Of a stretch of 64,000 bases of DNA, positions 1 through 8,649 are shown in pieces. The DNA lies in contig MHBH01000073.1 of assembly GCA_001804805.1 (NCBI GenBank), forward strand, positions 94,539 through 158,538, written 5' to 3'. The position numbers and the translations under genes are program-made. Below the pieces are notes generated by a model. It saw only the letters and a program-made list of their open reading frames with translations. It was not told where the DNA came from and searched no databases. Source of the DNA: Lentisphaerae bacterium GWF2_49_21. GTDB taxonomy: Bacteria > Verrucomicrobiota > Lentisphaeria > Victivallales > GWF2-50-93. How positions within the stretch are numbered: the stretch's first letter is position 1; the number at the start of each line of letters is the position of its first letter.

Positions 1-1
1 T

Positions 2-247
2 GTAATATCCCATGGGGTAATGTTCATAAATGATCTTTTCAAGACAGGCAAACCCGCCTTCAGGGATAAAACCTTGTGGAAAGAGACAAGGATAGGATCA
101 AATGTCCTTATTGGATCTAATTCAACAATTCTGCCTGTAAATATTGTCGATGGCGTAGTGGTAGGGGCAGGTTCAGTCGTGACTAAAGATTTGACAGTCA
201 AGGGAATATACGCTGGTAATCCCGCAAAACTTTTAAGGAAAATATAG
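2..247 (+). CDS. Hexapeptide-repeat (LbH) sugar O-acetyltransferase, C-terminal fragment; the gene continues upstream of the window
   Basis: The frame is open to the window edge. It contains tandem [LIV]GxxxxI hexapeptide repeats (VLIGSNSTILPVNIVDGVVVGAGSVV) and ends ...YAGNPAKLL, as in WbbJ/NeuD-type acetyltransferases. Confidence 0.6.
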   Translation, partial: VISHGVMFINDLFKTGKPAFRDKTLWKETRIGSNVLIGSNSTILPVNIVDGVVVGAGSVVTKDLTVKGIYAGNPAKLLRKI

Positions 248-255
248 GTGATTCG

Positions 256-1371
256 ATGAAAGTCGCATTTGTTGACCTGAAAGCCCAATATCAGTCTCTG
301 AAAAATGAGATAGATACTGCCATAAGGAATGTGGTTGAAGAAACGGCTTTTATCAGAGGAAAATATGTCGAGAAATTTGAAAAGGAATATGAGTTACGCT
401 ATGGGGTAAAAAACTGCATAAGCATCGGGAATGGGACAGACGGCATATACATAGCCCTCAAAATGCTCGGTATTGGTTCAGGAGATGAAGTCATTACTTC
501 AGCCTGCAGTTGGATTGCTACAGCGGAGACAATAACCCAGGCGGGAGCCAAGGTAGTTTTTGCCGACATAGAACCGGATTATTACACGATAGATCCGGCA
601 GACATCGAAAAAAAGATTACAGAAAAAACCAGGGCGATAATTCCTGTCCATTTTTACGGACAGTCTGCCGAGATGGACAAGATTATGTCTATTGCAGGGA
701 AAAGAGGGCTTTATGTGATTGAAGACTGTGCCCAGGCTCATTTTGCGGAATACAAGGGCAAAAAGGCCGGCGTGATAGGCAATGCAGGCGTATTCAGCTT
801 CTATCCAAGCAAAAACCTTGGGGCATATGGTGATGCCGGATGTGTTATAACCAATGACAATGACTTTGCCAAAAAGATGCGTCTTTATGCCAACCATGGA
901 TCTATCGACAAAGTTGAACATCTCTTTGAAGGAGTTAATAGCAGAATGGATGGGTTGCAAGCTTCAATACTTTCCGCAAAACTGCCGCATGTACTTGAAT
1001 GGAACAGGAAAAGAAATGAAAAATCCGAATTGTACATGTCATTGCTTTCCGATGTAGATAAAATTATCCTGCCGAAAGTCCGCAAGGAATGTACACATGT
1101 GTTCCATCTGTTTGTTATAAGGTGCCAACGCAGAGATGAACTAAGGAATTTTCTTGCCTCCAAAGATATTCAGACAATGATACATTATCCAAAGGCACTG
1201 CCTTTTCTTCAGGCATACAAGTATCTTGATCATAAGAAGGAAGATTTTCCAACGGCATTCATATATCAGCCGGAAATACTGTCACTGCCTCTTTATCCTG
1301 AACTGACTTATGAGGAAATCCGCTATGTAGCAGATTCAATAAGGGAATTTTATAGGAATAAATCTTCTTGA
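256..1371 (+). CDS. DegT/DnrJ/EryC1/StrS-family PLP-dependent sugar aminotransferase
   Basis: 371 aa with an N-terminus (VAFVDLKAQY...IRNV) and central GSGDEVIT...F..DIEP motifs typical of DegT aminotransferases. It follows the acetyltransferase with a short gap. Confidence 0.8.
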   Translation: MKVAFVDLKAQYQSLKNEIDTAIRNVVEETAFIRGKYVEKFEKEYELRYGVKNCISIGNGTDGIYIALKMLGIGSGDEVITSACSWIATAETITQAGAKVVFADIEPDYYTIDPADIEKKITEKTRAIIPVHFYGQSAEMDKIMSIAGKRGLYVIEDCAQAHFAEYKGKKAGVIGNAGVFSFYPSKNLGAYGDAGCVITNDNDFAKKMRLYANHGSIDKVEHLFEGVNSRMDGLQASILSAKLPHVLEWNRKRNEKSELYMSLLSDVDKIILPKVRKECTHVFHLFVIRCQRRDELRNFLASKDIQTMIHYPKALPFLQAYKYLDHKKEDFPTAFIYQPEILSLPLYPELTYEEIRYVADSIREFYRNKSS

Positions 1372-3209
1372 ATCTCCTTCCGATGAACTCAAAAACACCT
1401 TATTTTATCCTCATTGTTTTAGCTGTGATGCTAATGTCCTTTGGGATATGGCATGCGCCTCTGCCTTTTGGAGATGAGGGAGGATACATAAACGATGCCA
1501 TAGTTCTCAACAATAGCCATCAACTTTCAATAAATCCGTATATTGATTTTTATAAGTTCATCCTCGCTTTCATAAATTCGGATCCTGTCCATGCCCATTA
1601 TATATCTAGGTTGATTGTCTCGCTTGTATCAGCGTTGGGAATGTGGCTCCTGTTGGACAGTTTTAACTTGCTGCGTTCGAACTGCGCGAAATTAATCACT
1701 ATTGCCTTCTGGATATCAAGTTATGCCGTAACTCCAAAAGCGCAGTTTGGCAATGTAAGCCTGTTTACATTCGATCTGATCCTCATAGGGATTATCCCTC
1801 TTCTTAGAAAACAGGATATATCCAGAATCCTATTCTTCCTAACAATGCTCCTGTGGGCATGCCAGATAAGGACGGAATATTATATATCTTTTACTTTGGC
1901 AATTTTATATTTCACAGGATGGGGTGTTTTTAATTGTTTAAAAACAAAGGAGGGCGGACCACTCCTTATGCGTGGTAAACATTCCTGCGTGCCTTGCCAT
2001 AGCCTCTTGGCGAAGGCAGGTCCGCCAAATCGCGGGTTGGAACCACAGCCATCCGGCGTGGCAAGAAACCCGCGCTCCGTTGAAAAGGAGCCTCAACGAG
2101 ATAATCATGAGATGATCAATAAGAATGGGTATAGAGAAGCCTTTTCATGGACTGCTGCCATTTCCGCGCTTCTTTTTGCGGTTTCCATATCCTTGATAGC
2201 GTATGACAGGAACAAGACTGAAAAATATATTGAACACGACTCCCTTCTGATATTTGGACAGCATTATGCAAGCTATTATGTAAGAGTGCACAAGGACGCC
2301 GGTGTTTCTGCAATGGCTGAATATAAGACGGTATTGAACAAGATGTTCAACACTCCGAAATCAGTTCCAGAAGCTTTGAAGAATAATCCAGCAGAAGCAA
2401 TACAATTCCTAGCAAATAATTTTGCAAGGAATTGTATAATAGTTGTTCCTGCCTTGCTAAGACACAGGCCCCTGTTCATACCGGAGAAATACGGCAAAAT
2501 GGGAGAAAGCGTTGAAATAGCGCTGATCCTGGCGATTCTTTCCATCGGAGCATTTATGGGTCTTAAAAGTACCGGTTTCAAGAGAACAGCTGATTATTTG
2601 GTTTCGTTGATGAAAAATTCTAAGTTGCATATCATGATACTTCTGAGTTTTTCGATGACAATAGCGCTGGTAATGCTTATACCTGATACCCGTTATTATC
2701 TGCCAATAGCTCCAATTATATTTATCGGGATTGCTTTTTTAGTCCAGATCTTGATTGAAAAATTAAGGTTTAAAATGAAAATAGCCGCTACTTCCATAAT
2801 ATTCCTGTGGCTTTGCCATCCTTATTTTATTGTTCAGGCAAATGACCATGAAATCGTTTTTAATATGAGGGAGCAGGCAAAAAAAATCCAGCATGAGCCT
2901 GTAATTGCAGGATTGACCCCGGCAAGCATATCGACATTCGCCTTCGGGATCAGTTTTAAGATTCTTCCTGAGAATGAATTCTCCATGCAGTCAATCAGGG
3001 ATGGAAGTTGCGATTTCATTGTCGTAAACAAGTATTTCAGGGAATCATCATTTTGGTTAAAGGACAAGGAAGGCTTTGTAAAGTTTGAGAAAAATCCTGA
3101 CGAATACGGATATGCATTGCTGGGTTCATCAAATGACAGGCATGAAATGAATGTCTATGTAAAGAGAAAGATAGACGACCCATTCGACAGGCTCAGGGCA
3201 GGCAGGTGA
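1368..3209 (+). CDS. Polytopic membrane protein, a putative glycosyltransferase or polymerase of the polysaccharide locus; carries a GC-rich in-frame insert
   Basis: 613 aa with many hydrophobic helices. Its start overlaps the upstream stop by 4 nt. An internal hydrophilic segment rich in Pro, Gly and Arg is encoded by an island of about 60% GC at 1945-2100. Confidence 0.55.
   Translation: MNLLPMNSKTPYFILIVLAVMLMSFGIWHAPLPFGDEGGYINDAIVLNNSHQLSINPYIDFYKFILAFINSDPVHAHYISRLIVSLVSALGMWLLLDSFNLLRSNCAKLITIAFWISSYAVTPKAQFGNVSLFTFDLILIGIIPLLRKQDISRILFFLTMLLWACQIRTEYYISFTLAILYFTGWGVFNCLKTKEGGPLLMRGKHSCVPCHSLLAKAGPPNRGLEPQPSGVARNPRSVEKEPQRDNHEMINKNGYREAFSWTAAISALLFAVSISLIAYDRNKTEKYIEHDSLLIFGQHYASYYVRVHKDAGVSAMAEYKTVLNKMFNTPKSVPEALKNNPAEAIQFLANNFARNCIIVVPALLRHRPLFIPEKYGKMGESVEIALILAILSIGAFMGLKSTGFKRTADYLVSLMKNSKLHIMILLSFSMTIALVMLIPDTRYYLPIAPIIFIGIAFLVQILIEKLRFKMKIAATSIIFLWLCHPYFIVQANDHEIVFNMREQAKKIQHEPVIAGLTPASISTFAFGISFKILPENEFSMQSIRDGSCDFIVVNKYFRESSFWLKDKEGFVKFEKNPDEYGYALLGSSNDRHEMNVYVKRKIDDPFDRLRAGR
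1945..2100 (+). repeat. GC-rich palindromic element inserted in frame in the membrane-protein gene; three consecutive stem-loops
   Basis: The island is about 60% GC inside roughly 35% GC coding sequence. Inverted repeats are gggcggacc (1952-1960) with ggtccgcc (2018-2025), a perfect 8-bp cgcgggtt (2030-2037) with aacccgcg (2069-2076), and gctcc (2076-2080) with ggagc (2089-2093). Confidence 0.5.
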
Positions 3210-3224
3210 CGGAAGACAGAGGAC

Positions 3225-3345
3225 AGATCATCAGATGACAGGGAACACATGGTCGGTAATCCGGGGTCAGTAATCACAGATGACGGAAGGCAGATAACAG
3301 GATTAGGACGAGGTCGGTAGTCCGAAGTCAGTAATCTGTGGTTAG
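3225..3345 (+). repeat. Two imperfect tandem units of about 60 bp (…cagatgac…ggtcggtaNtccgNNgtcagtaatc…)
   Basis: ggtcggtaatccggggtcagtaatc at about 3254-3278 and ggtcggtagtccgaagtcagtaatc at about 3313-3337. Each is preceded by a cagatgac(a/g)gg motif. Confidence 0.35.
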
Positions 3346-3466
3346 AGGTCTGAAATCCTTAAAATCCTGTTATCCTGTCAAAAAACTTTAGATTTCTGGA
3401 AATTTCTTGAAATTTATGGCGGTTGCGTTATGGTATCGATATGGAACCAATAAAAGGAGATTCAAC

Positions 3467-3706
3467 ATGTCTGCAATAACACTCAAAAACATCCCAAAAG
3501 GACTTCATGAAGTCTTAAGGCATAATGCCGATAATCATCGCAGAAGTCTTAATAATGAGATAATATTCTTTCTTGAAGAGGCTCTGGGTATTAAAAACCG
3601 GAATACACAGAATTTTCTTGAGGAAGCTAAAAATATGAGAAATAAGTTTAAATTCAGGATTAGCGAAAAGGATATTACAAATTTTAAAGCAGCGGGCAGG
3701 AAATGA
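3467..3706 (+). CDS. Ribbon-helix-helix (Arc/FitA-like) antitoxin
   Basis: The start MSAITLKNIPKGLHEVLR follows the RBS aaaaggaga (3452-3460). The N-terminus is RHH-like. Its stop overlaps the start of the downstream PIN gene (ATGA). Confidence 0.65.
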   Translation: MSAITLKNIPKGLHEVLRHNADNHRRSLNNEIIFFLEEALGIKNRNTQNFLEEAKNMRNKFKFRISEKDITNFKAAGRK

Positions 3707-4113
3707 TTGTTGCTGATGTAAATCTGATATCATATTTCTGGCTTCAGGGAGAATATTCTGAAATTGCCGAAAAAGTCTACCTGAAGGATCCGCGCTGGAT
3801 CTCAGTTCCTTTGTGGAAATCGGAATTCAGAAATGTCCTGGCTGGATATTTGAGAAAGAACTTGTTGTCGTTAGACCTAGCCTCAGATGTCATTCAAAAG
3901 GCTGAAAATCAATTAAGAAATAATGAATACGGAGTATCTTCCGTTGAAGTACTGAGGCTGGTAGGAAAATCGAAATGTTCGGCTTATGACTGCGAATACG
4001 TGGCTTTGGCAGACTATTTCGGAATAAAATGCATAACTTCAGATAAGATGATTTTAAACCAATTCCCTGGTAAGGCAGTATCAATTAGAGAATTTGCGGA
4101 ATCAAGCAATTGA
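3703..4113 (+). CDS. PIN-domain toxin (VapC-like)
   Basis: 136 aa beginning MIVADVNLISY (PIN start with conserved D), with acidic residues spaced as in VapC. Translationally coupled to the antitoxin by a 4-nt overlap. Confidence 0.65.
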   Translation: MIVADVNLISYFWLQGEYSEIAEKVYLKDPRWISVPLWKSEFRNVLAGYLRKNLLSLDLASDVIQKAENQLRNNEYGVSSVEVLRLVGKSKCSAYDCEYVALADYFGIKCITSDKMILNQFPGKAVSIREFAESSN

Positions 4114-4182
4114 CAAAAATCTTCACCATTAGTTGACACTAAATCAATTTCAGTCGGGAATATTCAAGTTTACTAATTTATA

Positions 4183-4229
4183 TTGCATCATGCTGCAATA
4201 TAACATAAATTTATTGCAATATGATGCAA
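4183..4229 (+). promoter_or_regulatory. Imperfect palindrome of about 47 bp (ttgcatcatgctgcaata…tattgcaatatgatgcaa), a candidate operator upstream of the radical SAM gene
   Basis: Outer 9-bp inverted repeat ttgcatcat (4183-4191) with atgatgcaa (4221-4229). The inner arms match at 7 of 9 positions. It lies 70 bp upstream of the ATG at 4302. Confidence 0.4.
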
Positions 4230-4301
4230 GTGCGTTATCTGTGGGAAAATGAGAGGTTGATAGTCGTCGATTTGAAGTCTGTGAAAGTCTGTGGCTGAAA
4301 T

Positions 4302-5699
4302 ATGAAAATATTCCTGATAAATCCCTCCCATGGAGAAGTATACGGCAAGCTTACGCCTCCGGATCACCCCCATCTCGGGCTGGCCTATCTTGGAGCTGTG
4401 CTGGAAGCTGAAAAACACCAAGTCAGGATAATTGATATAGACGCCGAACAGATGTCATTGGATGGGTTAGCTTGCATAATAAAGGATGAGAAACCGGACA
4501 TTGTTGGGATTACTGCTACTACTCCGGTCATATACAGCGCATTAAAGATTGCTGAAATAGTAAAGGTGAATTCCGATTCTAAAACAGTTATCGGGGGAAT
4601 GCATGCAACCTTGATGCCATTGGAATGCGCTGAGAATAAATCTATTGATTTTGTTGTTTTCGGAGAAGGAGAGGATACGATAGTAGAACTTCTGCACTGT
4701 ATCCAGAACAAAGGTGATTATTCGAAAGTCAAAGGGCTTGTCCATAAAAAGGATGATAAACCGGTACAGAATGAACCTCGTGAACCGATACAGGATCTTG
4801 ACAGCATTCCATTCCCTGCAAGATATCTGTTTAAGAATCAGAAGTATACGTATCCTGACGCGTTAAGATTTCCAGCTTTCCCAATTATTACGAGTAGGGG
4901 ATGTCCCGGCAACTGTACTTTCTGCACTGCTAAGTTCATGCATGGCAAAAGGTTCAGAAACAGAAGTGCGAGAAACATATTGGACGAAGTAGAATTTCTC
5001 ATAAAGGAGTATGGTGCCAGAGAGATACACATATGGGACGATAATTTCATAACAAACAGGAAAAGAGTCTTTGAATTCAGGGATGGAATAATCAAGAGGA
5101 AAATTAAGGTTCTATTCTCTTTCCCGAACGGCGTCCGGGCGGATTTTATAAACCGTGAAATATTGCAGGCTCTGAAGGACATGGGCACCTATAGCATCGC
5201 CATAGGTGTTGAATCTGGAAATCAGAGGATACTTGATAGCATTCAAAAGGGCATAAAGCTTGAACAGATTGAAAATGCATTTTCACTGGCAAAGGAATTG
5301 CATCTGGAAACCTGGGGATTCTTCCTTCTTGGTCTTCCGGAGGAGGATCTGAAAACAATTGAGGAAACAATTGAATTCGCCATCAAACTGGATCCTGATA
5401 TCGCCAAATTCCACATACTCAAGCCATATCCCAAAAGTATTGTTTATGAGCAGCTTAAACAGCAAGGGCTTATAATAGATGAGAACTACATCCATTATGG
5501 CATACACACCGGACCGGTTCACCGCCTTCCATCCGTTTCACAGGAACAGCTTCTCAACCTGCAGAAGCGGGCTTATCGAAGATTTTACATGAGGCCGGAG
5601 AAGATCATCAGGGAAATATCAAGGCTGAAATCCTTCAACAGGCTGAAGCTTAACTTTTCCGCTGGAATATCCATCCTCAGGAAAATATTCTTTTCATGA
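4302..5699 (+). CDS. B12-binding domain radical SAM enzyme
   Basis: An N-terminal Rossmann-like B12-binding domain (KIFLINP…LGLAYLGAVL) followed by CPGNCTFC (CxxxCxxC) and a radical SAM core. Confidence 0.75.
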   Translation: MKIFLINPSHGEVYGKLTPPDHPHLGLAYLGAVLEAEKHQVRIIDIDAEQMSLDGLACIIKDEKPDIVGITATTPVIYSALKIAEIVKVNSDSKTVIGGMHATLMPLECAENKSIDFVVFGEGEDTIVELLHCIQNKGDYSKVKGLVHKKDDKPVQNEPREPIQDLDSIPFPARYLFKNQKYTYPDALRFPAFPIITSRGCPGNCTFCTAKFMHGKRFRNRSARNILDEVEFLIKEYGAREIHIWDDNFITNRKRVFEFRDGIIKRKIKVLFSFPNGVRADFINREILQALKDMGTYSIAIGVESGNQRILDSIQKGIKLEQIENAFSLAKELHLETWGFFLLGLPEEDLKTIEETIEFAIKLDPDIAKFHILKPYPKSIVYEQLKQQGLIIDENYIHYGIHTGPVHRLPSVSQEQLLNLQKRAYRRFYMRPEKIIREISRLKSFNRLKLNFSAGISILRKIFFS

Positions 5700-6985
5700 A
5701 GAACATGAATTTCAGAGACAATACCAGGCTGCATATCCTGATCATAATAGTCCTCTCTTTTGCCATAAGGATTTCTGCAGCCTTCATTATTGGAGATAAC
5801 TTCAATCCGAAGGTAATGGAGTATGAAAAACTTGCAGGAAGCCTCCTTGATAAAGGAACGTTCTGCATGGAATACAGGGAGTATGGCGAATATAAGGCGT
5901 TGCTTGGCCCCGGATATCCGTTTCTGACATTTTTGGTCTACAAGACTGTCGGTATAAGCCATCCTGTAATGCTTTTTGTCCAGTTTCTGCTGATGACATT
6001 ATTTTCATTGGCAATCTACGGGATAGCATATTTCTTCTTTAAAAAAGCTGGAATTGCCTTTATTGCCGGCATCCTTTCCATATTGCATCCCGGACTTCTT
6101 TATTACAGTTCGGTGAATCTACATGAACTTAATCTTTATATGCCCTTATTCTACACCATGATTCTTTTGTCATGTCTGGCATACAGGGACAGCAAAACCA
6201 GATATTTCGTGGCAATAGGAATAATTGGAGGTCTTGCTGTCCTGACAAGATCGACAATCCTGCCCGTGATGATCCTGTGCCTGGCATTTTACTTTCTGGC
6301 AGATAAAAGAACCATTTTTAAAAGGAAACTGACGAATATCTCGATAGCCCTGGGGCTTGTCATCATTATCAATGTGCCATGGACGATAAGGAACTACATT
6401 CAATTCAATAGGATTATATTTTCACAGACCAATAAATGGGAGGCGTTCTGGATAGGGAATAATCCGAATGCATCAGGAGGACAGTACAAGGCCGATGGAA
6501 CTGCAGTCCTCTCATGCAAGGGGGTGGAAATGCAGGATAGGATAAATGCCAGCGTAAACGATGAAATTGCGATTGAAAACATCTTCAAGGATCATGCCTT
6601 CAAATATGTGAAGGAAAATCCGGGTAGCTTTATAAAGGGTCTTTTCCGGAAGTCCTTTTATTTCTGGTGGTTCTATCCCCAGACCGGCTTGTCTTATCCT
6701 AAATCTTTCCTAGTAGCATACAAGATCATCTATGTTGTATTGCTGGGATTTGTCGCAGCCGGCTTGTGGCTTTGCTGGAAGAGAAGGCTTTTCTGCTTGG
6801 AAATGATCTTCCCTGTCATTTTAATTTTTGGCATATGGGGCGTCCATACGGTGAATTTCATGGAGATGAGGCACAGGTGGACGGTCGAACCGGTACTCCT
6901 CATATTTGCGAGTGTCGCGATATATTTTCTTTTAGAAAATATATATCAATATTGGAATACCAGAAAACAAACATCCTCAAAATGA
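5696..6985 (+). CDS. Polytopic membrane glycosyltransferase (ArnT/PMT/GT39-like)
   Basis: 429 aa with at least 10 predicted TM helices. An extracytoplasmic loop after TM1 is followed by a membrane core. Translationally coupled to its neighbours (ATGA overlaps at both ends). Confidence 0.5.
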   Translation: MKNMNFRDNTRLHILIIIVLSFAIRISAAFIIGDNFNPKVMEYEKLAGSLLDKGTFCMEYREYGEYKALLGPGYPFLTFLVYKTVGISHPVMLFVQFLLMTLFSLAIYGIAYFFFKKAGIAFIAGILSILHPGLLYYSSVNLHELNLYMPLFYTMILLSCLAYRDSKTRYFVAIGIIGGLAVLTRSTILPVMILCLAFYFLADKRTIFKRKLTNISIALGLVIIINVPWTIRNYIQFNRIIFSQTNKWEAFWIGNNPNASGGQYKADGTAVLSCKGVEMQDRINASVNDEIAIENIFKDHAFKYVKENPGSFIKGLFRKSFYFWWFYPQTGLSYPKSFLVAYKIIYVVLLGFVAAGLWLCWKRRLFCLEMIFPVILIFGIWGVHTVNFMEMRHRWTVEPVLLIFASVAIYFLLENIYQYWNTRKQTSSK

Positions 6986-7701
6986 CATATTCCATAATCA
7001 CTGCATGCCTGAATTCCGCAAGGACTATCAGCCGTTCGATTGATTCCGTATTGTCTCAAAAAACTCTGCCTGACGAATACATTTTCGTGGATGGAGGATC
7101 TGCAGATGGGACTCTGCAGATAATAAAGGAGAGGGGTGGTGATTTTAAAACCAGTTTTAAAATTATTAATCAGACAGAAAAAACGGGAATAACAGGGGCC
7201 TGGAACCTCGGGCTTAAGGAAGTGAATTCTGATTTAGTATTCATCCTGAACAGCGATGATTGGTATGAGCCTGATGCCGTACCTGAAATTTTCAATGCCT
7301 TTGAAGCAAATCCAGATGCCGACATCGCATATGGGTCTATAGACTTCCATGAAGGGAACCGTAAATATACCAGGGACTGCCGACCTTTATGGATGTTTCC
7401 TGTCATGATGCCAATTGCCCATCCTGCATGTTTTGTCAGGAAAAGCGTCTATGACAAAATGGGCTGTTTTGATGAGAGATACAGGATTTCCGCAGATTAT
7501 GAATTCCTATACCGCTGTCATATAAAGGGTATAAAATTCTGCGAAATCCGCAAAGTACTGGTTAACATGGAGCTTGGTGGAACTGCCAACAGCAACAGAG
7601 CGGCCGCGCGTGCGGAGACACGTGAAATAGCGAAAAAGTACTGTCAAATACCATTTCTTCCGGACCTTGCATATTTTTCCAGGATATTGACCGGCCGCTA
7701 A
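6982..7701 (+). CDS. Family-2 glycosyltransferase
   Basis: Starts MTYSIITACLNSARTISRSIDSVLSQ…YIFVDGGSADGT, a GT2 signature. The track ORF's 5' extension (6766) overlaps the upstream gene, so I used the internal ATG at 6982, which overlaps the previous stop. Confidence 0.75.
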   Translation: MTYSIITACLNSARTISRSIDSVLSQKTLPDEYIFVDGGSADGTLQIIKERGGDFKTSFKIINQTEKTGITGAWNLGLKEVNSDLVFILNSDDWYEPDAVPEIFNAFEANPDADIAYGSIDFHEGNRKYTRDCRPLWMFPVMMPIAHPACFVRKSVYDKMGCFDERYRISADYEFLYRCHIKGIKFCEIRKVLVNMELGGTANSNRAAARAETREIAKKYCQIPFLPDLAYFSRILTGR

Positions 7702-7734
7702 TAAAATTATCCGGACGGAAAATTTTATAACTGA

Positions 7735-8343
7735 GTAATAGAAAGCCTGAAATCATTTCAAGATGTCGATGTAGATATAAAACGCCTGTCAATAGGTGAC
7801 TACCTTGTTGACAGGCGTTTTATTTTCGAGAGGAAGACATTGCAGGACTTTTCAGTGTCAATAGTACAAGGACGTCTTTTTACACAAGCTCAGAATCTTG
7901 CGAAATACGATTGTCATCCTGTAATGATTCTTGAAGGTACATCGAAGGATATTGCCGAATACGGAGTAAGCCGCGAAGCTGTCCAAGGAGCTATGATAAC
8001 GATAAGCATAACCTATGGGATTCCAATTCTACGGGCAAAAGACGGCGATGAGACAGCAAGGCTCATGATTATGACCGCCAGACAGGCCGTACGCATAGCT
8101 TCAGGAGGGATTCAAAGGCATGGATACCACCCTAAAGGCAAAAAGGCAAGGCAGTTGTTCATACTTCAGGGACTGCCTGGAATAGGCCGGAAAAGGGCGG
8201 AGCTTCTGATTGAAAAGTTTGGAACCATAGAGGCGGTTGTAAATGCGAAATCGGAAGATTTGGCCAGCGTTTACGGAATGGGCGACAAGACCATAGAGGA
8301 TATAAAAAATGTGCTTCATGAGGGAACTATCCCATATTTATAA
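7735..8343 (+). pseudogene. ERCC4-type nuclease (GDY…ERK…D) plus helix-hairpin-helix, truncated at the N-terminus with no ATG, GTG or TTG start before the motif
   Basis: The in-frame translation from the stop at 7732-7734 gives …VDVDIKRLSIGDYLVDRRFIFERKTLQDF. This matches the XPF/Hef spacing GDY-x8-ERK-x3-D, and an HhH2 follows (LQGLPGIGRKRAELLIEKFG). The only start codon in frame is TTG at 7840, which lies downstream of the catalytic motif. Confidence 0.45.
7779..7830 (+). terminator. Intrinsic terminator of the polysaccharide operon (14-bp perfect stem plus T-tract)
   Basis: aaaacgcctgtcaa (7779-7792), a 15-nt loop, then ttgacaggcgtttt (7808-7821), followed by attttc. It lies 78 nt after the GT2 stop. 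Confidence 0.6.
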
Positions 8344-8379
8344 AATTTCACCTTGTAAAATTTTATTATGAGTATAATA

Positions 8380-8403
8380 TGACTATAGGCATGACTATAG
8401 TCA
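8380..8403 (+). promoter_or_regulatory. Direct and inverted repeats (tgactatag ×2, with palindrome tgactatagtca), a candidate antitoxin operator; TATAAT at 8373-8378
   Basis: They sit immediately upstream of the Phd-like antitoxin start at 8416. Type II TA operons are classically autoregulated at such repeats. Confidence 0.4.
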
Positions 8404-8415
8404 CAAGGAGATGAT

Positions 8416-8649
8416 ATGATTACTGTTTCAAAGGGTGTTTTGAAAGCTAAGATGCTGGAGTATTTCCGCCGTGTCGAACGTACCGGGGAGGAGATTGTTG
8501 TTACAGATCATAGTATTCCTGTAATAAGAATTAACTCGATTAAGACAAAGAAAAAAACTGTTGACGAGGTTTTTAAGGATTTGCGTGGAAAGATCAAATA
8601 TTACGATGATATTATGAAGCCTGAAACAGAAGAATGGGGTGACGTATGA
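8416..8649 (+). CDS. Phd/YefM-type antitoxin
   Basis: 77 aa (KAKMLEYFRRVERTGEEIVVTDHSIPVIRINS) with a Phd-like fold pattern. Its stop overlaps the start of the PIN gene. Confidence 0.6.
   Translation: MITVSKGVLKAKMLEYFRRVERTGEEIVVTDHSIPVIRINSIKTKKKTVDEVFKDLRGKIKYYDDIMKPETEEWGDV

Noticed and set aside
1945-2100. GC-rich insert as an intein or self-splicing intron
   Set aside because: At 155 bp it is far too short for an intein or a group I/II intron. It is kept in frame and lacks splice or intein motifs. The palindromic-element explanation fits better.
3225-3345. Possible CRISPR array (also considered for 27280-27321)
   Set aside because: There are only two imperfect units with no regular repeat-spacer periodicity, and no cas genes anywhere in the window.
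6766-6981. 5' extensions of track ORFs (6766, 13411, 54045, 55296, 50532, 11146, 3407, 43681) that overlap upstream genes or begin at TTG
   Set aside because: I chose internal ATG starts with an RBS and/or a signal peptide that abut the upstream stop codon. The extensions overlap well-supported genes or repeat elements.
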